DNA of 48,954 nucleotides, from the IMG/VR virus record IMGVR_UViG_3300030330_001909, positions 1-48,954 of that record; one strand, given 5' to 3'. This stretch comes from a virus. Its lineage: Duplodnaviria; Caudoviricetes. Below are positions 26,166 to 35,490 of the stretch, piece by piece (within the stretch, counting starts at the first letter, position 1; each line of letters starts with the position of its first letter). The position numbers and the translations under genes were made by a program. The notes beneath the pieces were generated by a model. That model saw only the letters and a list, made by a program, of their open reading frames with translations. It had not been told where the DNA came from and did not search any database.

Positions 26166-27371
26166 ATGGCTGAAGAAAAAGAAGAACCTATCGTTGACAA
26201 CACTAGCGAAGGTTTAAAAGTAAAAAAGAAAAGAGGTAGACCTAAGAAATTAGTAAAACCAGATGAAGTAATTAAAGTAGATTTAACTAAAAAAGAAGAT
26301 AATGCCGTTCAAGAACAGGGATCAAATGATAGCAATGCTACTATCAAACAACCCGAAAACGAAGTCAACAGCGAAAAAGTGGTTGACGAAGTACGGGAGT
26401 CCAGCGCCAATGAAGCGTCAGAACAAAACCAAAATGAGAAACAGGAAGAAATAGCTAGCCCATTAGTAGAAATTACAGATGAAGAAGTTAAAGAACCTGT
26501 TGAAGAAGAAACGGTAATTGAACAAACAATAGAAACTACACAGCAGCGAGAGCTTCCAGAAAATATAGAAAAACTTATAAGTTTTATGGAAGAAACTGGC
26601 GGTACTGTAGAAGATTATGCTAGATTAAATGCTGACTACTCTCAAGTAGAAGAAGATGTTTTATTAAGAGAATATTATAAAACTACTAAGCCACATTTAA
26701 ATAGCGAAGAAATTAATTTTATGCTAGAAGATAGTTTTTCTTGGGATGAAGAAGAAGAAGAAGAAAGAGCAGTTAGAAAAAAACAATTAGCATATAAAGA
26801 AGAGATTGCTAAAGCCCGTAAGTTTTTGGAAGATACCAAAACTAAATACTATGACGAAATCAAGTTGAGGCCGTCTGTTACTCAGGAGCAGAAAAAAGCT
26901 ATGGACTTTTTCAATAGATACAACGAAGAACAACAACGTGCAGAAAAACTTCACAGTGACTTTGTTAATCGTAGCAAACAATTATTCACTGATTTTAAAG
27001 GTTTTAATTTCAATGTAGGTGAAAAAAAGTTTCGCTATGCTGTTAACAATAGTGATGAAGTAATGAACAACCAAAGTAAAATTAGTAACTTTGTAGGAAA
27101 GTTTCTTAACAAAGATGGTACTATAAAAGATACTGAAGGTTATCATAGAGCTTTATACGTTGCAAATAATTCTGATGCTTTTGCTCAACATTTTTATGAG
27201 CAAGGAAAAGCAGATGCCGTTAGAGACATTAATGCTAAGTCTAAAAATATAAATGTTGAAAATCATAATTCAAATGATGAAGATATTTTTATTGGAGGAT
27301 TTAAAGTTAGAGCCATTAACGGTGAAGATAGTTCGAGGTTGAAAATTAAAAAACGAACAAAAATAAATTAA
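26166..27371 (+). CDS. Capsid scaffolding protein
   Basis: Acidic, between portal and MCP; N-terminal KKRGRPKK. Confidence 0.75.
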   Translation: MAEEKEEPIVDNTSEGLKVKKKRGRPKKLVKPDEVIKVDLTKKEDNAVQEQGSNDSNATIKQPENEVNSEKVVDEVRESSANEASEQNQNEKQEEIASPLVEITDEEVKEPVEEETVIEQTIETTQQRELPENIEKLISFMEETGGTVEDYARLNADYSQVEEDVLLREYYKTTKPHLNSEEINFMLEDSFSWDEEEEEERAVRKKQLAYKEEIAKARKFLEDTKTKYYDEIKLRPSVTQEQKKAMDFFNRYNEEQQRAEKLHSDFVNRSKQLFTDFKGFNFNVGEKKFRYAVNNSDEVMNNQSKISNFVGKFLNKDGTIKDTEGYHRALYVANNSDAFAQHFYEQGKADAVRDINAKSKNINVENHNSNDEDIFIGGFKVRAINGEDSSRLKIKKRTKIN

Positions 27372-27372
27372 A

Positions 27373-28923
27373 ATGAGTTTTACAGTGGGCGGGAGTTTTC
27401 CTGCACAATTAAAGCCTGCACAAAAACGTTTAGCACTTAATGATAATTATTTATCATTTAACGAAGGTGGTGAAGGTAACTTTGCGCAGCAATATCTTCC
27501 TGAGTTATACGAGCAGGAGGTTGAAAGATATGGTAATAGAACCTTATCTGGATTTTTAAGAATGGTTGGCGCTGAAATGCCAATGACATCAGATCAAGTT
27601 ATTTGGTCTGAACAAAATAGATTACACGTAGCTTACAAAAATGTAGATACAGCTTTATCTGCAACAGGTGTAAATAATATCACAATTACATTAGACTTGT
27701 CTGCTGCTACAGGTGCTGACTCTCCTAATGGTGCAGTAAGAATAGGTCAAACTGTACTTATAGCAGACAAAGCAACTGGTCTTTTAACAGCCAAAGCTTT
27801 AGTTCAAAATGTAACTGGTGGTACGTTAAATACTCTTGATTGTACTCTTTATGAAAGTACTTTTGCTGCTTTACCTGCAGGATTAAAAGGAAATGACAGC
27901 TGTACTTTATTTGTATATGGTTCTGAATTTGCTAAAGGTTCAGTTGGAATGGCAGCTTCTATTCAACCACAATTTACTCAGTTTTCAAACAAGCCTATTA
28001 TACTTAAAGATAACTTTGAGATTAACGGTTCTGATACTGCACAAATTGGATGGGTTGAAGTAGCTACTGAAGATGGTACATCTGGATATCTATGGTATCT
28101 AAAATCTGAATCTGAAACAAGATTAAGATTTGATGATTACTTGGAAATGGCTATGGTTGAAGCAGTAAAATATAATACTGCTGGAGGTAGAGCTACTGAA
28201 GATTATGATTTTGGTGGAGTATTTCCTGATGGAAGTGCTGTAGGTGCTAACTATCCAAATCAAGCTGGACAACCAATTGCACAGCCAATACAAGGATCTG
28301 AAGGATTATTTCAAGCTATTGAAGACAGAGGTAATGTATATTCTGGTTTTGCTGGAGCTGCTGCCCCTGGTTCAGGTGCTTTAGGTGATTTTGATGAAAT
28401 ACTTAAGCAATTAGACAAGCAAGGTGCTATCGAAGAAAACATGTTATTCTTATCAAGAGAAACTGCTCTTGACTTTGATGATATGATCGCGGCAATGGCT
28501 GGTGGAGGTTATGCTTCTACTACTGCTGCTTCTTATGGTTTATTCGATAACGAAGCTGACATGGCTATGAACTTTGGTTTCTCTGGTTTTAGAAGAGGTT
28601 CTTATGACTTCTACAAAACTGACTGGAAATATCTTAACGATATCTCTACTAGAGGATTATCAAAAGCTATTGATGGTGTTATGATACCTGCAGGTACTAC
28701 AACTGTATATGACCAAATGTTAGGTGTTAATATCAGACGTCCTTTCTTACACGTAAGATATAGAGCTTCTGAAACTGAAGATAGAAGATATAAGTCTTGG
28801 ATCACAGGATCTGTAGGAGGTGCTTACACTTCTGATCTTGATGCTATGAGAGTTAATTTCTTATCTGAGAGATGTTTAGTTGTACAAGCTGCTAATAACT
28901 TCGTGTTATTTAAAGGAGCTTAA
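27373..28923 (+). CDS. Major capsid protein
   Basis: 516 aa after the scaffold; IWSEQNRLH, PIILKDNFEINGSD, FLSERCL. Confidence 0.88.
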   Translation: MSFTVGGSFPAQLKPAQKRLALNDNYLSFNEGGEGNFAQQYLPELYEQEVERYGNRTLSGFLRMVGAEMPMTSDQVIWSEQNRLHVAYKNVDTALSATGVNNITITLDLSAATGADSPNGAVRIGQTVLIADKATGLLTAKALVQNVTGGTLNTLDCTLYESTFAALPAGLKGNDSCTLFVYGSEFAKGSVGMAASIQPQFTQFSNKPIILKDNFEINGSDTAQIGWVEVATEDGTSGYLWYLKSESETRLRFDDYLEMAMVEAVKYNTAGGRATEDYDFGGVFPDGSAVGANYPNQAGQPIAQPIQGSEGLFQAIEDRGNVYSGFAGAAAPGSGALGDFDEILKQLDKQGAIEENMLFLSRETALDFDDMIAAMAGGGYASTTAASYGLFDNEADMAMNFGFSGFRRGSYDFYKTDWKYLNDISTRGLSKAIDGVMIPAGTTTVYDQMLGVNIRRPFLHVRYRASETEDRRYKSWITGSVGGAYTSDLDAMRVNFLSERCLVVQAANNFVLFKGA

Positions 28924-28954
28924 TTATAGTTTAACATTTTAAAATATAGAAATT

Positions 28955-29242
28955 ATGGGATTAGTAAAAATTATACCACAAGACACGCTTCCTGAAAATC
29001 CAGGAGTTGCTCAGTTAATAGATGGTGGAACATGTATACTTTCAGTAGATGCTGGAGAAGTGACTTTCGGTTCTAACACTATTACTTATACCTCATCAGC
29101 TGGTAATTTACCAAGCGATCAAGTAATATTTGATCTATGGGAACCAGTTGCTGGTGGTGCTAACGGAGCTTCTGGCCCCGCTATAGTAGCACCTATAATA
29201 GTCGATGACAACAACGACGTACTTTATCCTGCAATATCGTAG
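28955..29242 (+). CDS. Putative capsid decoration protein
   Basis: 95 aa between MCP and a terminator. Confidence 0.55.
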   Translation: MGLVKIIPQDTLPENPGVAQLIDGGTCILSVDAGEVTFGSNTITYTSSAGNLPSDQVIFDLWEPVAGGANGASGPAIVAPIIVDDNNDVLYPAIS

Positions 29243-29252
29243 GTAAATTAAC

Positions 29253-29281
29253 AAGATCCCGCTTAGGCGGGGTCTTTTTTT
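29253..29281 (+). terminator. Rho-independent terminator
   Basis: AAGATCCCGC-TTAG-GCGGGGTCTT followed by a T-run. Confidence 0.85.
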
Positions 29282-29301
29282 AAATTATATTATATTATAT
29301 T

Positions 29302-30072
29302 ATGGAAACAAAAGAAAAAAAACCTAAAGTAAAAAAAGATACTTGGGAATACAAAGATAGAAATTACTATTTAATAGGTAACAAAACTCCTTTAACATAT
29401 ACATTACCTAGCAGACACTCAAGAAGATATCCTCTTGTTTGGTTTGACAAAAATTTAGGTTATGAAAGAGAGTTGCGATATGCTACTAATTCACAAACAC
29501 CCTTTGTAGATGAACAAAAAGGTAGTGTTACTTTAAAGCATATTGTATTTAATAATGGTCATTTAAATGTACCAAAAGAAAAAAGAAATTTACAAGAATT
29601 TTTAGCTCACCATCCTCATAATGGATTAGTTTTTGCTGAGTTCGACAAGCAAGTTCAAGCTGAAGATCAGTATGATCAATTAGAAATTGAAATAGCAGCT
29701 ATGAATTTAGCTTATGAAATGGACATAGAACAAGCTGAAGCTATTCTAAGAGTTGAACAAGGAACGTCAGTAGGTGAATTATCTAGTAAAGAACTAAAAA
29801 GAGATATATTAATATTTGCAAAAAGAAATCCTAAATTATTTATTGACTTATCAGAAGATGATAATGTAATATTAAGGAATTTTGCTATAAAAGCTACTGA
29901 AGCTAAAATAATTATTTTGGCAGATGACCAAAGAACTTTTAAATGGGCTAGTAATGGTCGTAAGTTAATGACTGTACCATTTGATGAAAACCCATATTCA
30001 GCCATGGCCGCTTGGTTTAAGACTGATGAAGGTTTAGAAGTTTATAAGTCAATAGATAAAAAACTAAAATAA
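29302..30072 (+). CDS. Virion morphogenesis protein, function unknown
   Basis: 256-aa ORF in the head-tail region. Confidence 0.8.
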   Translation: METKEKKPKVKKDTWEYKDRNYYLIGNKTPLTYTLPSRHSRRYPLVWFDKNLGYERELRYATNSQTPFVDEQKGSVTLKHIVFNNGHLNVPKEKRNLQEFLAHHPHNGLVFAEFDKQVQAEDQYDQLEIEIAAMNLAYEMDIEQAEAILRVEQGTSVGELSSKELKRDILIFAKRNPKLFIDLSEDDNVILRNFAIKATEAKIIILADDQRTFKWASNGRKLMTVPFDENPYSAMAAWFKTDEGLEVYKSIDKKLK

Positions 30073-30087
30073 CAAGTGATTATAATT

Positions 30088-30114
30088 AAGGTGGCCTAAC
30101 CGCCACCTTTTTTT
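30088..30114 (+). terminator. Rho-independent terminator
   Basis: AAGGTGGC-CTAACC-GCCACCTT followed by a T-run. Confidence 0.85.
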
Positions 30115-30126
30115 AAATATATATAA

Positions 30127-30840
30127 ATGGCAGTATCAGTTAACGAAGTCTACAGAACAGTCTTATTAATACTTAATAAAGAACAACGTGGTTATTTAAC
30201 ACCTGAAGAGTTTAATCAAATAGGCAGTCAAGTACAAAGAGAAATATTTGAAAGATATTTTGAAGATTTAAATCAAGAACTTAGACAAAGACAAACAAGT
30301 GAAGATTATGCTGATCGTGTAGAAAACACTGATGAAAAAATAGATATATTTAAAAGAAATGAAACATTAGTATATGATGCTGTTAATGGCAGGTTTGATC
30401 TTCCCACTAATCATTATAGATTAGGTTCTATTACATTTACAGACACTAATCGTTTACCAATAGAAGCTCAACGAGTAAATCGTACAGACTTTTACCAAAT
30501 TCAAAGATCTAAGCTTTCTCAAGCTAGCAAACAATTTCCTATATACTTATACGAAGAAGATAAAATATTTTTATATCCTTTAGATATTACTTCAGGTGTA
30601 GAAGCTCAATACGTTAAAAAACCTGAAAATATAAACTGGCCTTATACAGTTAATGCTGTAGGGGCTTTTATATTTAATGGTGCAGATCCTGCATTGCAAA
30701 ACTTTGAACTTCACAACTCAGAAAGAGTTGAATTAATACTAAATATATTGCTATACGCCGGTGTAGTAATAAGAGATCAGTCTATAATATCTGCTGCTGC
30801 TGGACAACTGCAAGCAGACAGAGTAAACGCTAAAAGTTAA
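30127..30840 (+). CDS. Head-tail adaptor / ring protein
   Basis: LNKEQRGYLTPEEFN, FDLPTNHY, YVKKP; position. Confidence 0.65.
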   Translation: MAVSVNEVYRTVLLILNKEQRGYLTPEEFNQIGSQVQREIFERYFEDLNQELRQRQTSEDYADRVENTDEKIDIFKRNETLVYDAVNGRFDLPTNHYRLGSITFTDTNRLPIEAQRVNRTDFYQIQRSKLSQASKQFPIYLYEEDKIFLYPLDITSGVEAQYVKKPENINWPYTVNAVGAFIFNGADPALQNFELHNSERVELILNILLYAGVVIRDQSIISAAAGQLQADRVNAKS

Positions 30841-30843
30841 CAA

Positions 30844-31998
30844 ATGGCATTAATAACAGAAACAAACTCTCAATACTACGAAGGTGAACAATACTTTACT
30901 TCTACAGGTCAAGTTAACTTAAAAGTTGCTTTTAATATAGCTTTAAATGACTACGGAGCAGGAACACCTCCCCAAAATGCTAATTACACTATTGCAGTTA
31001 ATACTTTAGCAAATCCTACTGTATTTACTGATTTAGCCGTAGGTACTTATAGTGTTGTCAATAATCTTATTACAATACCTGCTCAAGCTGTTGGGGTTGC
31101 TATAAGAGTAAAATTAAAAGATAATGCTCTTTTTAACAGCTATGGAGGCTATGAATATGTACCTTTACAAGAAATTATAAATAACTTTATGATGGCTTAT
31201 GTTGGTCCTGACAAGTTGATAAGTAAAGTAAAAAGAACAGATGTTATTTTTCACGCTAAAAGAGGTTTACAAGAATTTAGTTATGATACATTAAAAAGTA
31301 TAAGAAAAGTAGAAATAACTGTCCCACCTAGTTTGTCTTATCCTATACCTCAAGATTACGTTAATTACGTTAGAATTGGTTGGACAGATGATCACGGTGT
31401 TTTCCACCCAATAAAGCCTGCTAATTTATTAACTCAATATCCTACTGAAGTACCTATACAAGATGATATAGGTTTACCTACTCAAGATGATCTAGGAGAA
31501 AACTTGCAGTCTGCACAATCAATTACAGTAGAAAAGTGGAAGAAAAATAATGATAACGATTTAACTGGAGCTTATTTAGAATTATATGATGACTCTAATA
31601 TATTTAATTGGACATGGCGTAAAAACAATTTAGGAAGAAGATATGGATTAGATCCTGTGATATCTCAGTCTAACGGCTGGTATGTTATAGATAGAAGGCA
31701 TAACAAGTTTGCTTTTTCTAGTGATTTAGCAAATAGATGCGTAATACTAGAATATATATCAGATGGTTTAGCTTATGATATAGATATTAAAATACCAAAA
31801 ATGGCTGAAGAAGCTATGTACATGCATATAGCTTATTCTATATTAGCAGGTAGAGCAGGTGTTCAAGAATTTATAGTACAAAGATTTAAGAGAGACAGAT
31901 CAGCCCAGTTAAGAAATGCTAAAATAAGATTAAGCAATATGAAATTAGGCGAGATGATACAAAACATGAGAGGCAAATCTAAATGGATTAAACATTAA
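30844..31998 (+). CDS. Tail ring/adaptor structural protein
   Basis: PQDYVNYVRI, ILEYISDG adaptor-type motifs. Confidence 0.65.
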   Translation: MALITETNSQYYEGEQYFTSTGQVNLKVAFNIALNDYGAGTPPQNANYTIAVNTLANPTVFTDLAVGTYSVVNNLITIPAQAVGVAIRVKLKDNALFNSYGGYEYVPLQEIINNFMMAYVGPDKLISKVKRTDVIFHAKRGLQEFSYDTLKSIRKVEITVPPSLSYPIPQDYVNYVRIGWTDDHGVFHPIKPANLLTQYPTEVPIQDDIGLPTQDDLGENLQSAQSITVEKWKKNNDNDLTGAYLELYDDSNIFNWTWRKNNLGRRYGLDPVISQSNGWYVIDRRHNKFAFSSDLANRCVILEYISDGLAYDIDIKIPKMAEEAMYMHIAYSILAGRAGVQEFIVQRFKRDRSAQLRNAKIRLSNMKLGEMIQNMRGKSKWIKH

Positions 31999-32000
31999 AT

Positions 32001-35000
32001 ATGGCTGAGTCAAGAGTAGTTTTCACTAAGTCTAAAATGAACAAAGACTTAGATGAAAGAATACTAACACCTGGAGAATACAGAGATGGATTTAATATAT
32101 CTGTTAGTAAATCAGAAGGTCCTGATGAAGGAGTAGTTGAAAATGTTTTAGGTAATAGTCAATTAACTAATTACACATGGAATAATGCTACTGATGTAGA
32201 GATTATAGGTGTATATACAGATACTAACACTGATAGAATATTTTTATTTGCAACTAACTATAGTGACTCGTCTGAAGATCAATTAAGTAATTTTGCTCCA
32301 GGTAGTTTTCTTGACGGAGGTGGTAGATCTAGACCAGGCGCACAATGTTTTATAGCTTATAAAGATTTAAGAACAGGTGATGAAGATATTTTAGTTTCAG
32401 GAAGTTTTTTAAATTTCTCTAAAACACATCCTATATATGCTGTTGATCTTGTAGAAGATTTATTATTTTGGACTGATAATAGAAATCAACCTAGAAAAAT
32501 AAATGTAAATACAGCTATTGCAAATCCTGAAACTTATTACCTAAATGAAGACCATATATCTGTTTCTAAGTATATGCCTTATAAACCTTTACAACTAGTT
32601 TTTTTAGATAGCGGGTCTTGGCAGTCTTCAATGATAAACGAAACTGAAGAATACTTAGCACCAAATGCTTTGTGGCCTGTAAAAACTGTAATTGCGGCTA
32701 ACAATGCTTTACAGTTTGAAAAGTTTAATAAAGACGTTGGTAATTTTTCTTCTCAAATGTATTTTATTAATTTAAATTTTCCAGAGTTAGGAGTCTTTAA
32801 ATTACAAAATAAACCAAATGAACTAGAAATAACATATAACTGGCCAACGCCTGATTATCCTTATTCTACAGGAGCAGAAATAAAAGACGCAGTAGATGCA
32901 GCAGCTGCAAGATTTATAGATCCTGCTACAAGAAAAGCATTTGAAGCTAATGATGTTTTAGCTTTTTTCTATAAAAATCCTGAGTATAATGTAGATTATG
33001 ATGGTGATGAAGATTATTTAAAAAATAAATTTATAAGATTTAGTTATAGATTTAAATATGATGATGGTGAATATTCGTTAATGGCGCCGTTTACTCAAGC
33101 AGCTTTTGTTCCTAAACAGTATGGTTATTTTATAGACTCATCATTTAAGACTCTAGCTACATCTATGCCTACTGCTGCTAATACGCAGCCTGTAGGTGCA
33201 CCGGCTAGAAAAGACGAAAGAGACGCTGCTGCTACAGGTGTAGTTAAATGGATGGAAAACCAAGTATCTACTATTGACTTTAATTTATTATTGCCTGAGC
33301 CTTTTGGAAGTAATCAAGCTTCTCAACAACAACATTTTGCAGATGATTTTAAAGTTGAGTCTATACAGATTTTAGCTAAAGAGTCTGACGGTTTATCAAT
33401 AAAAGTTATAGAAGAAATAGATATATCTACAGCTTTTAGTGGTACAGATAGATTTTATATATATAGATATTTATCTAACAAACCTTTTAAAACTTTACCT
33501 GAAGCTGTTTCTACTAGAGTACATGATAAAGTACCTATAAGAGCTTTAGCTCAAGCTACTACAGGTAATAGGGTTATGTATGGTAACTTTATAGAAAAAC
33601 ATGGTTCACCAGACTTTTTAAATTACTTTTTAGGCTATACACAAAAACCAAAATTAGAAGTTACTCCTGTATTTAGACAACAAAGAAAAGAATATCCTAA
33701 TCATACTGTTAAGCAAAATAGATCTTATAAAGTTGGTGTAGTACTTGTAGATAGATATGGTAGATCATCTAACGTAATATTAAGAGATCCTTCACAGTCT
33801 TTAGGCATAGGGCAAAAAGATTCTACTATATACGCTCCATATTCTGGAGGCGGAAAATCTCCTCTTAATTGGCCTGGTAATAGTATTACAGTTAACTTCG
33901 TAGATACTATCCCTACAACACCTTTTAAAGGTTATCCTGGTGTATTTAGTAATGATAACCCGTTAGGATACTATAGTTATAAAATAGTTGTGCAACAACA
34001 ACAACAAGAATACTACAATGTATATCTACCTGGTGCTACCTCTGGTATTATAACTTTTAGTGGTCAACTAGGTGATAGTACTGCAGCTGGAGATAAACCT
34101 CAATATGTAAGAACTACTCAGTTCTCTAATATAGCTTTATTTGGAGACAATATAAATAAAGTGCCAAAACAATTAGCTGATGTTGGCCCTACTGAAGAGA
34201 TATATGGTAGTGAAACATTATTATTTCCAAGAGTTGTTACTACATATATTGTAACTTCAAGTAATATATCTACTGATGCAAGTGTAACCGGTTATATAGA
34301 TCAATTAGCAGTATCTGAAAGTTCTCAAATTAAAGGTAAATTTACAAGTACAGTTAATTCTATAATATCTTTTAATGATTTAGGAAAGTGGACTTCACAA
34401 AATAATTCTTCTGGAGTATCAATAGCTAACTCATCTTATCCTAACGATTTAACAGATTATATAGATCCTTTATATTTAGGCGCGTCTGCTAATCCATTTG
34501 TTGCACAAATATCTACAGATTTTATTATTGGTTTATCTGCAGTAACACAAAATACTCCAAAGTTTTCTAGAGCATTAAACGTTTTTGAAACAGATCCTGT
34601 AGAATCTCAAATTGAAATATATTATGAGTCGTCAACTAGTGGTAGAATAGATTTACTTAACAATGATATAACTAGTGGTACTGGTTTTGTTGACGCTGAT
34701 AATGTAAATTTCACGTTAGCTTTACCTGAAAGTTCTGACGGTACAGGAACGCCTGTAGTAGTAGCGCAAGTAGAACCACTGTTAAATGATGGATCTGCTG
34801 CTGGCTATGGCACAGTTACATTAGATTCAGTAAAAAATAAAAATGATTATGATTTTACTAGTGACTTTCAATTAACACCTACTGCAGCTAGTCAATATAA
34901 TTTAGAATATATAGGCCCTGGTATACCTGTAGTGTCTGACTTAGATGTGTCTACTCTTGATTTTGATTTTACAGTAAACGGTGTTATTGCACATGATTCT

Positions 35001-35489
35001 TCAGTCAATAATCAAAGTGTTACAAACGTAGCGCCTGTTGCTGGTAATGATTGGGCAACTGCAAAAGCCGCTGCTTTAGACACAAGTAAGACAAACCCAG
35101 GAGGCCCTGGTGATACAGTATTAAACTCTACATTTTTTATAAACTATGGTTTTGCACCTAATGATGATTATTTTAGAAATGGTTGTGTTAATCCACTTAA
35201 TTACTATGATGGTGTATCATTTGATGGTAGTGGTGGAGTAAATCCACCTGCAGGTAGTGGAGATATAATAACTACTGTAAGTGATTTACTTACATTAGGT
35301 GTTTTTGAAATAGTAAATCAACCTACTCCAGGGCAGTTTAGACTTTACACTCAAGGTGGACCACCGTCTGTAGGTATCCAATGTGACACTATAGCAGCTC
35401 CTTCAGGGACTTATAATTTAACACTTAGAGTTACTGATAGATCAGGCTCGGGTGAATCTTCAGATTTTGATTTTGATTTAGTACTTTAA
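32001..35489 (+). CDS. Tail stabilisation/nozzle protein, N-terminal part (P22 gp10 / crAss muzzle-like)
   Basis: KMNKDLDER..GEYRD, LLFWTDNRNQPRKIN, RFSYRF, NRVMYGNF; Ig-like C-terminus. Confidence 0.75.
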   Translation: MAESRVVFTKSKMNKDLDERILTPGEYRDGFNISVSKSEGPDEGVVENVLGNSQLTNYTWNNATDVEIIGVYTDTNTDRIFLFATNYSDSSEDQLSNFAPGSFLDGGGRSRPGAQCFIAYKDLRTGDEDILVSGSFLNFSKTHPIYAVDLVEDLLFWTDNRNQPRKINVNTAIANPETYYLNEDHISVSKYMPYKPLQLVFLDSGSWQSSMINETEEYLAPNALWPVKTVIAANNALQFEKFNKDVGNFSSQMYFINLNFPELGVFKLQNKPNELEITYNWPTPDYPYSTGAEIKDAVDAAAARFIDPATRKAFEANDVLAFFYKNPEYNVDYDGDEDYLKNKFIRFSYRFKYDDGEYSLMAPFTQAAFVPKQYGYFIDSSFKTLATSMPTAANTQPVGAPARKDERDAAATGVVKWMENQVSTIDFNLLLPEPFGSNQASQQQHFADDFKVESIQILAKESDGLSIKVIEEIDISTAFSGTDRFYIYRYLSNKPFKTLPEAVSTRVHDKVPIRALAQATTGNRVMYGNFIEKHGSPDFLNYFLGYTQKPKLEVTPVFRQQRKEYPNHTVKQNRSYKVGVVLVDRYGRSSNVILRDPSQSLGIGQKDSTIYAPYSGGGKSPLNWPGNSITVNFVDTIPTTPFKGYPGVFSNDNPLGYYSYKIVVQQQQQEYYNVYLPGATSGIITFSGQLGDSTAAGDKPQYVRTTQFSNIALFGDNINKVPKQLADVGPTEEIYGSETLLFPRVVTTYIVTSSNISTDASVTGYIDQLAVSESSQIKGKFTSTVNSIISFNDLGKWTSQNNSSGVSIANSSYPNDLTDYIDPLYLGASANPFVAQISTDFIIGLSAVTQNTPKFSRALNVFETDPVESQIEIYYESSTSGRIDLLNNDITSGTGFVDADNVNFTLALPESSDGTGTPVVVAQVEPLLNDGSAAGYGTVTLDSVKNKNDYDFTSDFQLTPTAASQYNLEYIGPGIPVVSDLDVSTLDFDFTVNGVIAHDSSVNNQSVTNVAPVAGNDWATAKAAALDTSKTNPGGPGDTVLNSTFFINYGFAPNDDYFRNGCVNPLNYYDGVSFDGSGGVNPPAGSGDIITTVSDLLTLGVFEIVNQPTPGQFRLYTQGGPPSVGIQCDTIAAPSGTYNLTLRVTDRSGSGESSDFDFDLVL

Positions 35490-35490
35490 T

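Noticed and set aside
21505-28923. Introns, inteins or stop-codon reassignment in core genes
   Set aside because: TerL, portal and MCP are uninterrupted in the standard code; TAA, TAG and TGA all end genes in this window
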